DNA of 63,522 nt, the filler included, from Hausera hauseri (taxonomy: Eukaryota), in NCBI GenBank assembly GCA_046269625.1. It is 11 parts of 11 records of this genome, joined end to end, with 100 filler letters (N's around TTAATTAATTAA, not from the genome) between each part and the next. Parts side by side here need not be neighbours in the genome. Positions count along the whole stretch, not along the records: positions 59,569 to 63,522 come from JBJURY010861299.1; 10 more parts are not named here. One strand, given 5' to 3'. Below, piece by piece: positions 63,201 through 63,522 of the stretch; positions within the stretch are counted from its first letter, which is position 1; each line of letters starts with the position of its first letter. Position numbers and translations under genes: made by a program. The notes beneath the pieces are model-generated. The model ran no database searches. It was not told where the DNA came from and was given only the letters and a program-made list of their open reading frames with translations.

Positions 63201-63522
63201 AATTTCTGATGTTTTCATCAAAATTTGGATCAGCAGATTTGGCTCGCCTTGTTTTATTCTCAAGGACCAAGGTCCACAATTTGAGTCAAATCTGTTTAAA
63301 GCCTTAGTCAATCGCTTAGGGATCAAACATATACACACTTCTCCATATCATCCTCAAGCGAACGGTTTACTTGAACAATTTTACAGCGCAATGAAGACCT
63401 CGCTCAAAATCCTTCATGAATCACACAGCAACTGGACATCTCTTTTTCCACTGGTCCTGCTCGGTTGGCGTAACACACCCTCTACAACTACGGGTTGTGC
63501 ACCAGCTGAGGCATTGTTTGGG
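60300..63522 (+). mobile_element. Decayed Ty3/gypsy element (gag end-PR-RT-RH-IN), same family as 42606-47650
   Basis: FLIDSDTAVS..PILGSDFL, SKSPWA, RPCGDYRQ, IDLHKAYHQIP, MPFGL, YIDNILI, TDHKPL, VHIDLVG, DQGPQFES, YHPQANG. Confidence 0.93.

Overview
This is not one locus. It is 11 unrelated short contigs (4-9 kb) joined by an artificial 100-bp spacer (N44-TTAATTAATTAA-N44). Ten contigs look like a repeat-rich, AT-rich invertebrate animal genome. One (54405-59468) looks like teleost fish DNA, so the sample may be a fish-associated organism or parasite (inference). Content is mostly transposable elements: mariner and Tc1 remnants, an intact FLYWCH-MULE, a decayed hAT, an intact Ty1/copia assembled as a circle, several decayed Ty3/gypsy copies, and Polinton/Maverick pieces (packaging ATPase, TBP-like gene, pPolB fragment, AGTAG-type termini). 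There are also decayed host-gene copies (MTHFD1, STARD10-like, DnaJ). The most striking signal is an envelope-first retroelement at 37422-42080 (-). Its apparent polyprotein order is ubiquitin-like domain, AT-hook, internal signal peptide, chuvirus-like (class III) fusion glycoprotein, TM, PTAP and LYPxxxL late motifs, aspartic protease, then the pre-RT linker. A diverged, stop-free sibling of the N-terminal half lies at 1-1415 (-) and is missing from the ORF track. Also notable: the copia PBS matches the anticodon arm of elongator (not initiator) tRNA-Met, and the MULE is almost CpG-free. All identifications are manual motif recognition; no database searches were run.
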